NCBI GenBank assembly: GCA_044224875.1
Contig: JBGAJQ010000031.1
Coordinates: forward strand, 1-58,506
DNA length: 58,506 nt
Direction: 5' to 3'
Source: Gemmatimonadaceae bacterium
Lineage (GTDB): Bacteria; Gemmatimonadota; Gemmatimonadetes; Gemmatimonadales; Gemmatimonadaceae
Below are positions 50,005 through 58,506 of the stretch, piece after piece. The notes under the pieces are model-generated. The model was not told the DNA's origin. It worked only from the letters and a program-made list of their open reading frames with translations, and did not search any database. Position 1 is the stretch's first letter, and every line of letters starts with the position of its first letter. Both the position numbers and the translations under genes were made by a program.

Positions 50005-51753
50005 CTAGGGCGTTGGGCGGATCGTAACGACGATCTGGGTCTGGCGCGCCGCGGCGGTCGAGTCTGGGACCGCCGTGAGTGTGGCCGGCCGAATACCCGC
50101 GTCGAGTAGACGCTGCCGAATGGCGTTGGCTCGTCCGACGCGCAATCCAGCATTCACGGCGGCCGCGCCCACGGTGTCTGCAGCGCCGCGAACCTGCACG
50201 TCCACCGCAATGTCATTGGACGTGGCGTCGGCAATGAGCCGGACGAGTTGGGTGGAGAGGGAGTCGAAGGCTTGGTCGAAGGCGGGAGCGAGCGTGACGG
50301 CGCCCATGTCGAACGGCAAGACGATGCGGCGTACGGAGTCGGCGCGCTGCTGGAGCGCCACGTGCAATGAGTCCTGTAGCGCGCCGACGTCCACCGCGCC
50401 GACTCCGGCGATGGCCGGTGACAGCTGCAACGCGCGTTCGCGCCACGCTCGCGATGCTATGCCACGCATGAGCAGCGTATCAGCACGCATCGTCAACTCA
50501 GTGGTAGCGGCGGGATGCAGGGCGCGCCGGGCCCGTTCGGTAACGAACTCCGGCCGCAGGGCGACGTACGGTTCCCAGTGTGCGCGCACGTCGGACGAAT
50601 CGAGCTTGAATCCGGCGAGCAATGTTGCCGGATCACGCGCCAGTGGATCGCGTAGCCCGCTCACGACGTAGCGACCGGCATCGCGGCCACTGCTGGCCAC
50701 GACCACGCCCGGCTCGGCGCGCAGCGCCGAAAGGTACTTGCCCACACGATAGCTGCGCACGACGCGCGGAACCAACCACCATCCGAGCGCCACCAGCACC
50801 ACCGCTCCCATGAGGGCCAATCGTCGCGTCGCCGTGCCCTGTGTGGACTGTTGAAGCTGCGAGACGAGGCACGGCTCCAGGACGTCGGAGCGGATAGGGA
50901 AAGTCGCCCCCGTGGCCGCCGAGCGATCGAGGTCGCCGCCATGCACCCGATGCAGGTCCTCAACGGTGCGCTGCATGGTCTGGCGATAGGTGACGGGCGC
51001 ATGACCACGAACGACGGCGGCGATCGTTGCAGCTGGGCCCTGTTCCACCCATACCGTCAGGTCGCCCAGTCCCATCGACTCGAGTCCTTCCTGCTTCGAC
51101 ACGTGGAACGAGTCCCGAACGAAGTCCGTGATGGCGGTCAGCATCGCCGCGACCAGGTCGGGAGCAAGTGCCTGGACGCCGGGGGCGGTCCGGTGCTCCA
51201 CCAGGAGCCCAGACTCCCGGTGAATGACAAACAGCTGCTCGACGCGAAAGACCAGCGAATGCGACAGCACGACCTCGCCGAACGACTTCCCAGTACGCAT
51301 GGCTTCGAAGCGCCAGGCGAGCCCGCGCGGTGTGAACGAGTGCTCGAGCGCGGTATTGATCGACTGCGCCAGTTCAGCGAACGCCGTGGCGATGGCGCGA
51401 CGTATGGCGGGGCCAATGATCGGGAAGATGGCGTCGACGATCGGCTGCGGATCCTTACGCACCGACGCGCGGATCGCATCGCCGACCACTGGACCTAACG
51501 CCACGCCCAGGTCGTGGTCGCTGGTACTGCGTCGCAGCACCGCCTCCGGGAGGACGCGACTTACTTGATCGACGTTCAGCTGGGGATCTTCGAGCCGCTG
51601 TTCAACGGCGCGCAACCGTCGCCGTTCGGGGTCCAGAAGCAGGGCGCGCAGCTCCTGCCACCGGTTCTGGAACGGCACCTCACGGTCGGTGTGCGCCGGA
51701 CGCGACGGAGGCGCGGCCGGTTCGTGGTCCTGAGTGCGGATGGGCTCAGCCAC
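50005..51753 (-). CDS. Bitopic membrane protein: helical N-terminus + longin/roadblock-like domain + TM + BON-like + OmpA-like domain
   Basis: VEQLFVIHRESGLLV..DLVAAMLTAITDFVRDSF; TM LALMGAVVLVALGWWLV; EPGVVV..VSGLRDPLA; OmpA-like RGAADTVG...N.GL...RANAIRQRL. Confidence 0.8.
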   Translation of the reverse strand: MAEPIRTQDHEPAAPPSRPAHTDREVPFQNRWQELRALLLDPERRRLRAVEQRLEDPQLNVDQVSRVLPEAVLRRSTSDHDLGVALGPVVGDAIRASVRKDPQPIVDAIFPIIGPAIRRAIATAFAELAQSINTALEHSFTPRGLAWRFEAMRTGKSFGEVVLSHSLVFRVEQLFVIHRESGLLVEHRTAPGVQALAPDLVAAMLTAITDFVRDSFHVSKQEGLESMGLGDLTVWVEQGPAATIAAVVRGHAPVTYRQTMQRTVEDLHRVHGGDLDRSAATGATFPIRSDVLEPCLVSQLQQSTQGTATRRLALMGAVVLVALGWWLVPRVVRSYRVGKYLSALRAEPGVVVASSGRDAGRYVVSGLRDPLARDPATLLAGFKLDSSDVRAHWEPYVALRPEFVTERARRALHPAATTELTMRADTLLMRGIASRAWRERALQLSPAIAGVGAVDVGALQDSLHVALQQRADSVRRIVLPFDMGAVTLAPAFDQAFDSLSTQLVRLIADATSNDIAVDVQVRGAADTVGAAAVNAGLRVGRANAIRQRLLDAGIRPATLTAVPDSTAAARQTQIVVTIRPTP

Positions 51754-51771
51754 GGGAGGCTCGCGGGCGAG

Positions 51772-52341
51772 CTAGCGGCTGCCGTTGTCGCCCGACAAGC
51801 GATGCGCGAATTCTACGAACATGGCAGCCAAGGCATGGCGATCCGCCTTCGCGTCGCGCAGGTCGTAGGCTTCGCGACGCAGGGCGTCATTGAGCTCGGA
51901 GTGCTTGCGCTGCGCGTCGTCGCTCAGTTGTCGCTGTTGCTCCTGCATCTGCGCACGCAACTCGCGTTGCTGCTGAGCGCTCTGCTCGGCGAGATTGGAC
52001 AGCCGCTCGGACAGGTCGTGGTTCAGCGTGCTGATGGCGTCCATGGCCGAACGGAGGCCGGCGAGTCGTTCACGTTCCTCGTTCCGCAGGTTGGCCCCTA
52101 ACGACTCCAGTTCGGCGCGCATGAACTGCTCGGTGGCGCCCAAGCGGCTTCCGAGGTCCTCGCGGAGCGCGGCCGACTCGCGCAGGAGCCGTTCCTCGAG
52201 TGTGGCGAAGCGCCGCTCATAGTCGCGCATCTGCGACCCGAAGAGGATGTCTCGGATTTTATCGACATTGCCGGCATCGGCCTCAAAGGCACCATTGGCT
52301 TCCGCAGCCGCAGCTGCCGGATCGCTACCGTATGCAGTCAT
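51772..52341 (-). CDS. Cytoplasmic coiled-coil protein
   Basis: VDKIRDILFGSQMRDYERRF followed by heptad-rich E/R/Q/L helices, KADRHALAAMF; RBS CAGGA. Confidence 0.85.
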   Translation of the reverse strand: MTAYGSDPAAAAAEANGAFEADAGNVDKIRDILFGSQMRDYERRFATLEERLLRESAALREDLGSRLGATEQFMRAELESLGANLRNEERERLAGLRSAMDAISTLNHDLSERLSNLAEQSAQQQRELRAQMQEQQRQLSDDAQRKHSELNDALRREAYDLRDAKADRHALAAMFVEFAHRLSGDNGSR

Positions 52342-52416
52342 CCTGACCTTCCTGAAAGACACCGACGACGGAATCGCGGGGCGCCGTCGAGCGCCGGGCG
52401 TGGGGAGATGTCTAGT

Positions 52417-53784
52417 CTACTGCGCGCGTCCCCCTTTGGGGACCACTATCTGCATTGCCTTGATCTTCTGGTAAAGTGTTGACCGCGGGACCGCCAGCTT
52501 GACGGCTGCGCGCTCGACACTGCCATGCGCAGCCGTGAGTGCGGCGACGATGTGTCTGCGCTCCAGTTCTTCCAAGGTCAGGTCTTGCCATTCGGGTTCG
52601 GCCGACCGCCGCGGAGGCGAAAGTGCCGAATCGAAGTTCAGGTCCGTGGCGTGGATCTGGTCCTTAGCCGTAAGCAGCGCTGCCCGCTCCAGCACATTGC
52701 GCAGTTCGCGGATGTTCCCGGGCCAGGAATAGCGGGAGAGCGCCTGCAGCGCAGACGCGGTGAGCGTTATGCGCTGGCGTCCGAGGTCCGTGGCGAGGCG
52801 CTCCAGCAGCAAGTCCGCGAGCACTGGAATGTCTTCGATGCGCTCGCGTAGCGGTGGCACCAGTAATGGTAGTGTGCTGATACGGAAATACAGGTCGCTG
52901 CGAAAGCGGTTCTCGCTGACCATACCCGGAAGATCTTGATGGGTCGCGGCGATCAGGCGCACATCCACTTGCCGGTCCTTGAGGGCGCCGACGCGACGAA
53001 AGCTCTGGTCTTCCAACACCTTCAGAAGTTTTGGCTGCAGCGCGAGCTCGAGGTCACCGATTTCGTCGAGAAACAGCGTCCCTCGATGGGCCATTTCAAC
53101 GAGTCCCATCTTGGCGTTCACGGCTCCGGTGAATGCGCCGCGCTCGTGGCCAAAGAGTTCGGACTCCAACAGTTCTCGCGGGAGGGAGGCGCAGTTGAGA
53201 TCGACAAAGGGTTCCTCGGCGCGTGGGCCATTCGACTGGATCCAGCGTGTGAGCACGCCCTTGCCGGAGCCCGTCTCGCCCTGCAGGAGGACGGGCCGAT
53301 CGGTGGAAACCACGCGCGTCGCCTGATCGCGAAGCTTGGCGATGACCGCCGAGGTACCGACGAACGGGTCCACCGCAAAGCGCTGCTGTTTGACCTGCCG
53401 GACCATCGACTGCTGGCGGTTGCGTTGTCGTTCGATGACGCGTTCGAGCACGACCACGAGGGCCGGGAGGGCGACGGGCTTGGTGAGGAAGTCGTCAGCC
53501 CCAACGCGCATGGCCTGTACCGCCAACTCCACCGTTCCATGGCCCGTGAGGATGATGATGGGGACCGTGGCGCTGACGGCACGCAGCCTGGGCAACATTG
53601 CCAGGGCATCGCCATCCGGCAGCTTGTAGTCGGAGAGGACGATGGAAGGACGCCGTTCCGCAAAGATCCGCTCGCCGCTGGCACACGAGTCGGCCTCGAG
53701 CACCTCGAAACCGTGGGTCTCGAGGTAGTCCCGCACGGCAAAGCGAATGGCGGCGTCGTCCTCGATCAGCAGCAGGCGGTGCAT
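52417..53784 (-). CDS. Sigma54-dependent response regulator (NtrC/AtoC family; REC-AAA+-Fis HTH)
   Basis: IEDD, SDYKLPD, GETGSGK, ESELFGHERGAFTGA, LFLDEIG, FRSDLYFR, WPGNIRELRN, RSTLYQK. Confidence 0.96.
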   Translation of the reverse strand: MHRLLLIEDDAAIRFAVRDYLETHGFEVLEADSCASGERIFAERRPSIVLSDYKLPDGDALAMLPRLRAVSATVPIIILTGHGTVELAVQAMRVGADDFLTKPVALPALVVVLERVIERQRNRQQSMVRQVKQQRFAVDPFVGTSAVIAKLRDQATRVVSTDRPVLLQGETGSGKGVLTRWIQSNGPRAEEPFVDLNCASLPRELLESELFGHERGAFTGAVNAKMGLVEMAHRGTLFLDEIGDLELALQPKLLKVLEDQSFRRVGALKDRQVDVRLIAATHQDLPGMVSENRFRSDLYFRISTLPLLVPPLRERIEDIPVLADLLLERLATDLGRQRITLTASALQALSRYSWPGNIRELRNVLERAALLTAKDQIHATDLNFDSALSPPRRSAEPEWQDLTLEELERRHIVAALTAAHGSVERAAVKLAVPRSTLYQKIKAMQIVVPKGGRAQ

Positions 53785-53825
53785 GGTGCGTCGCGGTCCT
53801 CGTGAGTCGGGGCCCACATCGTGGC

Positions 53826-55352
53826 TTATGGGGCGCTCATCGGCAAGGGCTCGCGCGATGCGGACAGGGTTACGGTAACGACAGCGCCACCGCGCGGGCG
53901 ATTTGCTGCAGCAATTGAGCCCCCATGATCCGTAACGATTCGCTGTGCGAGGGCCAATCCAAGTCCAGTGCCGCCGGCGCGCCGGGTGAAGAACGGTTCG
54001 AACACATGCCCAAGGTCCTGGGGCGCAAAACCCGGACCACTGTCCGCCACGTCAAACCGCCAACGCGCCGGAGTCTCCGGATCTTCACACGTGGCCCTGA
54101 TCTCCACGTCGCCGCCACGCGCCGAATGCTGGATGGCATTGAGGGCCAGGTTGTGGAATACCTGCAGCAGCCGCGCGCGATCGACGACGACGGTGCCGTC
54201 CCCGCCGGTCACGCGAGGCGTAAGCGATACCCCCGCCGCGTCGGCCGTCGGTCGCGACAGGTCAATCGTTGCGCGCACGAGGTCGTCGACGCAGCAGATG
54301 GACAGGTCCAACGATGCGGGTTTGCCGAAATCAAGCAGGTCGCGCGTGAGGTCCGCCAGTCGTTGCACCTGTGAACTGAGCACGGGGTAGTACCGCGTGA
54401 ACTCCGGTGCCTCGCCGGTTCGAGCGCGCATGGCATCCAGGGCCGAGGACAGGGCGAAGAGGGCGTTGCGCACTTCATGGGCCACGCCGGCCACGAGCTC
54501 GCCCATGCGCGCCATGGTCTCGCGACGTTGCACCTGATCTTGCAAGGCCAGGATCGCCGTCAGTTCCCGGGCCACCACGATGCATCGAGGTTCCGCCGCA
54601 TCGGGCAGGACAAATCGGGCCGCCCATACCTCCCACGTGCGGTGCGAATCGTCGGCGACCCGAATCGCACTGGCGAATCCTTGTTGCTGTGCAAGCCGCA
54701 CCCGGTCGCCAACGGCCGACCAGAGGGGCGATGCACCGAGGGACGACAACGTCGTGCCGAGTACCTTCCCATGGACGTTGTCCGTCAGCTGCGACGCCGC
54801 ATGATTCATGCGAGTCACCTGTGACGCCTGGTCGACCACGAGCATGGGCAGGTCGATCGCATCGAACGTTCCCTGCCATTCCTGCAACGCGTGTTCGTTG
54901 ACCTGACGGGCAATGCGTTCGGCGTGGAGGGCGCGCTCGCGCTCCTCCATGCGCGCGCGTTCCGTGACATCGTGCACGATCATGTGGACGACCAACCGGT
55001 CCCCAAGAGAGAGCGGACCGGCATAGACGTCGACGAGCCGGACGTCTCCGGAGGCATGTCGTTGGGGAAAGGCCGCGAAGTGTGCGCCAGTGAGTGACGC
55101 GACCTCCAGCTGCCCAGGACCAAACTCCGCTGGATCGAGCGACAGGTCAGCGAATCGCTGCCGCGTCAACTCGGTCTGCGAGTGTCCGTAGAAGTCGGCG
55201 GCAGCCTGATTCGCGTCGAGGATAGCTCCACTGATCGGGTCGGCGACGAGCTGAATGGCCGTATTCCGTTCGAAGAGCTGCCGATAGCGGTCGTCCGTGT
55301 CCGACACAGGAATCCCCGAGTCCCCGAGAAGCTTAGCCGCCGAGCCGATCAC
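53826..55352 (-). CDS. Cytoplasmic PAS-PAS sensor histidine kinase
   Basis: PAS (ILDANQAAADFYG..HDVTER); H-box VAHEVRN; QVFHNLALNA, DSGPG, FEPFFT, GTGLGL; no TM; start uncertain. Confidence 0.93.
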   Translation of the reverse strand: MIGSAAKLLGDSGIPVSDTDDRYRQLFERNTAIQLVADPISGAILDANQAAADFYGHSQTELTRQRFADLSLDPAEFGPGQLEVASLTGAHFAAFPQRHASGDVRLVDVYAGPLSLGDRLVVHMIVHDVTERARMEERERALHAERIARQVNEHALQEWQGTFDAIDLPMLVVDQASQVTRMNHAASQLTDNVHGKVLGTTLSSLGASPLWSAVGDRVRLAQQQGFASAIRVADDSHRTWEVWAARFVLPDAAEPRCIVVARELTAILALQDQVQRRETMARMGELVAGVAHEVRNALFALSSALDAMRARTGEAPEFTRYYPVLSSQVQRLADLTRDLLDFGKPASLDLSICCVDDLVRATIDLSRPTADAAGVSLTPRVTGGDGTVVVDRARLLQVFHNLALNAIQHSARGGDVEIRATCEDPETPARWRFDVADSGPGFAPQDLGHVFEPFFTRRAGGTGLGLALAQRIVTDHGGSIAAANRPRGGAVVTVTLSASREPLPMSAP

Positions 55353-55394
55353 GCTTCTTAGGGGGTGCCGTGCGTCGTGTCAATATCGAGCGCG

Positions 55395-56141
55395 TCAGAG
55401 GACGAGTGCGTATGCTCCCGCGGCAAGTGCGGCACCGAGGAACGGGCCAATGACCGGCACGAGGGCATACCCCCAGTCGCTGTCACGCTTTCCGGGAACG
55501 GGCAGCACAAAGTGCGCGAGGCGCGGCCCCAGGTCGCGCGCCGGATTGATGGCATATCCGGTCGTCCCACCTAACGAGAGCCCGATGCCGAATACGAGCA
55601 GGGCAACCGGCACCAGTCCCACCGATCCCAAGCCAATTGGGGCCGCGGCGGTGCCGCTGGCGGTGGGGAGATCCACGCTAGGGGCGGCCATCAGGAAGAT
55701 GGGAAAGATGAGGGCAAACGTACCTAACGTTTCACAAAACAATGCCTGGCCCATCTGCCGGATGTTCGGCGCAGTGGAGAAGCACGCCAACTTGCCATCC
55801 GCGTCGGCCGACACCTTGAAGTGCTCGCGATAGAATGCGAAGACCAACGATGCACCAACGAAGGCGCCAGCCATCTGTGCGGTGATGTACCCCAGCACGC
55901 GTGACGCCTCCAACTTGCCCGCCAGCGCCATGGCGACCGTGACGGCGGGGTTCAAGTGCGCCCCGCTGTAGGGCGCGGCACAGAACGCCCCCACAAAGAC
56001 GGCGAACCCCCACCCGGCGGTGATCACGATCCACCCGCTGTTCTGGCCCTTGGTGCGGTCGAGTACCACGTTGGCAACCACCCCGTTCCCAAACAGGATC
56101 AGGAGCGCCGTCCCGATGAATTCCGCCGTGTACGCGTTCAT
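55395..56141 (-). CDS. glpF: MIP-family aquaglyceroporin (glycerol uptake facilitator)
   Basis: AEFIGT, SGAHLNPAVT, TGYAINPARDLGPR; adjacent to glpK. Confidence 0.93.
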   Translation of the reverse strand: MNAYTAEFIGTALLILFGNGVVANVVLDRTKGQNSGWIVITAGWGFAVFVGAFCAAPYSGAHLNPAVTVAMALAGKLEASRVLGYITAQMAGAFVGASLVFAFYREHFKVSADADGKLACFSTAPNIRQMGQALFCETLGTFALIFPIFLMAAPSVDLPTASGTAAAPIGLGSVGLVPVALLVFGIGLSLGGTTGYAINPARDLGPRLAHFVLPVPGKRDSDWGYALVPVIGPFLGAALAAGAYALVL

Positions 56142-56159
56142 GATGATCACTCGTTAGGG

Positions 56160-57674
56160 TCAGGATGTGTGTGACGTGCGCTCTTCCCAGTCACGGGCAC
56201 GGTTCAGCGCTTCCGCCCATCGCGCCCGTCGATGCGCGGCCTCATCGGCGCTCATCTGCGGCGTAAAGAGCCGGTCAGCCACCCAGGCGGCGTGCACTTC
56301 CTCGCGGTCCTTCCAGTAGCCAACGGCAAGACCCGCGAGGTACGCGGCACCAAGGGCGGTGGTCTCAACGACTCTTGGCCGCACCACGGGCACCCGGAGA
56401 ATGTCCGCCTGAAACTGCATCAACAGGTTGTTGGTACAGGCACCGCCGTCCACGCGCAGCTCGTTCATGGCGATGCCTGAATCCTGCTTCATCACGTCGA
56501 GCACGTCCGCGACCTGGAAGGCAATTCCTTCCAACGCCGCCCGCGCGATGTGACCCGCATTGGTCCCTCTCGTTATGCCCGCGATGGTGCCGCGGGCGTA
56601 CTGGTCCCAGTGTGGCGCCCCGAGACCCGCGAAGGCGGGAACGAGGTACACGCCGGCGGAATCGGGAACAGAGGCTGCCAACGACTCCACCTCACCCGAC
56701 GACTTGATGATGCCTAGTCCGTCGCGCAGCCATTGCACGGCAGCACCGCCAATGAAAACGCTCCCCTCCAATGCAAAGTCCGTGTGACCGCCAGCCCGCC
56801 ACGCCACGGTAGTCAACAACTGGTGCCTCGACGGCGCGGGCACCTCACCGATGTTCATCAGCATGAAGCAGCCCGTTCCGTAGGTGTTCTTGGCGAGCCC
56901 CCGACTGAAGCAATTCTGGCCAAAGAGCGCCGCTTGCTGGTCCCCCGCGATGCCGGCGACGCGTATCGGTGCGCCAAAATGCTGGGTCACCGTCTCGCCG
57001 TAGATCTCGCTGGACGATCTGACCTCAGGCAGGACAGAGGCGGGCACGCCGAGGATGCCAAGGAGTTCGGTACTCCAGGTGCCGGCACGCAAGTCGTACA
57101 ACATGGTCCGCGAGGCATTGCTGGGGTCCGTCACGTGCAACGCGCCTCCCGTCAGGTTCCACGAGAGCCACGTGTCAATGGTGCCAAAGGCCAACTCCCC
57201 GCGTTCCGCGCGTGCCCGCGCGTTGGGGACGTTGTCCAGGAGCCAACGCAGCTTGCTGCCCGAGAAATACGCGTCGATGACCAGTCCGCTCGCAGCCTGG
57301 ATGCGTGGCGCGTGACCCGCGTGCTTGAGCGCATCGCAGAACGACGCCGTGCGACGATCCTGCCAGACGATGGCGTTGTGAATAGGGATGCCGGTCGCTC
57401 GGTCCCACACCACCGTGGTCTCGCGCTGATTCGTGATACCGATGGCGGCGATGTCCGCTGGGGTGAGACCGGCCTTCGCGATCGCGTCACGCGCCGTCGC
57501 GAGCTGGGTCTGCCAGATTTCCAGCGGGTCGTGCTCCACCCAGCCCGCCTGCGGATAGATCTGCGTGAACTCCTGCTGGGCGACGGAGCGAATGGCGCCT
57601 GCGCGATCGAATACGATGGCGCGCGAGCTGGTCGTTCCCTGGTCGAGGGCGAGAATCGCGGTGTTCGAACTCAT
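56160..57674 (-). CDS. glpK: Glycerol kinase
   Basis: [60 protein letters not shown]. Confidence 0.97.
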   Translation of the reverse strand: MSSNTAILALDQGTTSSRAIVFDRAGAIRSVAQQEFTQIYPQAGWVEHDPLEIWQTQLATARDAIAKAGLTPADIAAIGITNQRETTVVWDRATGIPIHNAIVWQDRRTASFCDALKHAGHAPRIQAASGLVIDAYFSGSKLRWLLDNVPNARARAERGELAFGTIDTWLSWNLTGGALHVTDPSNASRTMLYDLRAGTWSTELLGILGVPASVLPEVRSSSEIYGETVTQHFGAPIRVAGIAGDQQAALFGQNCFSRGLAKNTYGTGCFMLMNIGEVPAPSRHQLLTTVAWRAGGHTDFALEGSVFIGGAAVQWLRDGLGIIKSSGEVESLAASVPDSAGVYLVPAFAGLGAPHWDQYARGTIAGITRGTNAGHIARAALEGIAFQVADVLDVMKQDSGIAMNELRVDGGACTNNLLMQFQADILRVPVVRPRVVETTALGAAYLAGLAVGYWKDREEVHAAWVADRLFTPQMSADEAAHRRARWAEALNRARDWEERTSHTS

Positions 57675-57773
57675 GGCGGCACGTCGAAGAAAGCGGTGCG
57701 CCGTTCTTAGCCCGATTGCGGATGCACGTCAAGGAGGGTGCGGGGGTCCTCTGCTAGGCGCCCCCGTCACTCC

Positions 57774-58505
57774 TCACACCTCGGCCTCGGCTTCGACCTC
57801 CACGAGAAACTCGTCGCCGACCAAGGTCGACTGGATCAACGTATTCGCAGGTTGAACCGACGCGAACCGCTCACCATGTGCCTGGGCCACGGCCTCCCAA
57901 TGCCGCAACTCGCTTACCATGACCCGCGTTCGCACGATGTCGTCCAGCCGGCCACCTAACGAGCGCACGGCACCCTCGACCTTGTCGATGACAAAGTGCA
58001 TTTGCGCAGCGGCGTCGGTGCCGCCAATGAGACGGTCACCATGGCTGGCCGTCGTCCCGGACACGAGAATGCGGCTCCCGGTGCGGACGGCGCGAGAATA
58101 GCCGTACTGCGTTTCCCACGAGGTTCCACTCAGCACGCGGGAGCGTCCGGCCGCGTCACTCCGTACGGGAAACGGGGGTGGAAATGCCTCCAGGTGATGA
58201 CTCAAGTCGCCAGATGCGGTGAGGAAGGGTGGCTTCCGATATTCGTCGCCACAATCGCCGGGCACCGCCGTCAGCATCGCCAGTGCGCCTTGGATCTCGG
58301 CACGCTCGGCGTTCGTGAGGGTGAACGCGAACAATCGAAGGTTGTCGGCCGTGTGCTCGGACGCACCGAGACGCGCTCCGATGATGATGGCCGCGACCCG
58401 TGGCTGGTCCAGCATATAGCGACCGGCGACGTTGGTGATTGACACGCCATGGCGACGCGCGATGGGATCGAGCGTCCGCAGCACGTGTTGCAGCTGCTCC
58501 CAACC
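57774..58505 (-). CDS. Aldo/keto reductase fused to a C-terminal Rid (YjgF/YER057c/UK114) domain; 5' truncated by the window edge
   Basis: AKR C-terminus IARRHGVSITNVAGRY..IIGAR..HTADNL..F.L; Rid SGTSWETQYGYSRAVR..VSGTT..DIVRTR..PANT..LVEVEAEA; frame open to the window end. Confidence 0.8.
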   Translation of the reverse strand, partial: GWEQLQHVLRTLDPIARRHGVSITNVAGRYMLDQPRVAAIIIGARLGASEHTADNLRLFAFTLTNAERAEIQGALAMLTAVPGDCGDEYRKPPFLTASGDLSHHLEAFPPPFPVRSDAAGRSRVLSGTSWETQYGYSRAVRTGSRILVSGTTASHGDRLIGGTDAAAQMHFVIDKVEGAVRSLGGRLDDIVRTRVMVSELRHWEAVAQAHGERFASVQPANTLIQSTLVGDEFLVEVEAEAEV

Positions 58506-58506
58506 G

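Noticed and set aside
49998..50153. N-terminal extension of the GTPase given in the ORF track
   Set aside because: It overlaps the OmpA-like gene and is low-complexity; GTG at 49997 gives a canonical 165-aa G domain.
296..57961. TTAGG read as a telomere-like repeat or eukaryotic contamination
   Set aside because: Copies are isolated, never tandem, and embedded in-frame in bacterial genes.
1..58506. Frequent CGATCG/GCGATCGC (HIP1-like) words
   Set aside because: Plausibly explained by high GC and ATC/GAT codon use; enrichment cannot be shown without computation.

Overview
GC-rich (about 65% by eye) bacterial chromosomal segment. Gemmatimonadota is the likely source, inferred from gene content: carboxypeptidase-regulatory/plug proteins, a SusC/SusD pair, an ADOP-type permease and many secreted peptidases. 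About 45 CDSs; no rRNA, tRNA, CRISPR, transposase or integrase was seen. Positions 1-46 kb hold mainly exported hydrolases, transporters and regulators: M20 x3, M24, M23, M29-like, M56/BlaI, amidase, amidohydrolase, DUF885, MFS and SusC/D. The same stretch also has an MbnH-like di-heme enzyme, a tandem gamma-carbonic-anhydrase protein and a Phi-1/EXORDIUM-like lipoprotein. The minus-strand run at 46.7-58.5 kb contains AKR-Rid, glpK, glpF, a signalling cluster and a sodium:solute symporter. Two signals stand out. (1) An uncharacterised trans-envelope module at 48.7-55.4 kb: PAS histidine kinase, sigma54 response regulator, coiled-coil protein, a longin/roadblock-like + TM + BON-like + OmpA-like protein, a Rab-like small GTPase, and a degenerate EAL protein with a candidate sigma54 promoter. 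(2) A non-palindromic word, CCTAAC(G)/(C)GTTAGG, counted by hand about 40 times on both strands and carried inside genes through rare codons (TTA, CCT, AGG). All family assignments come from motif recognition, not database searches.
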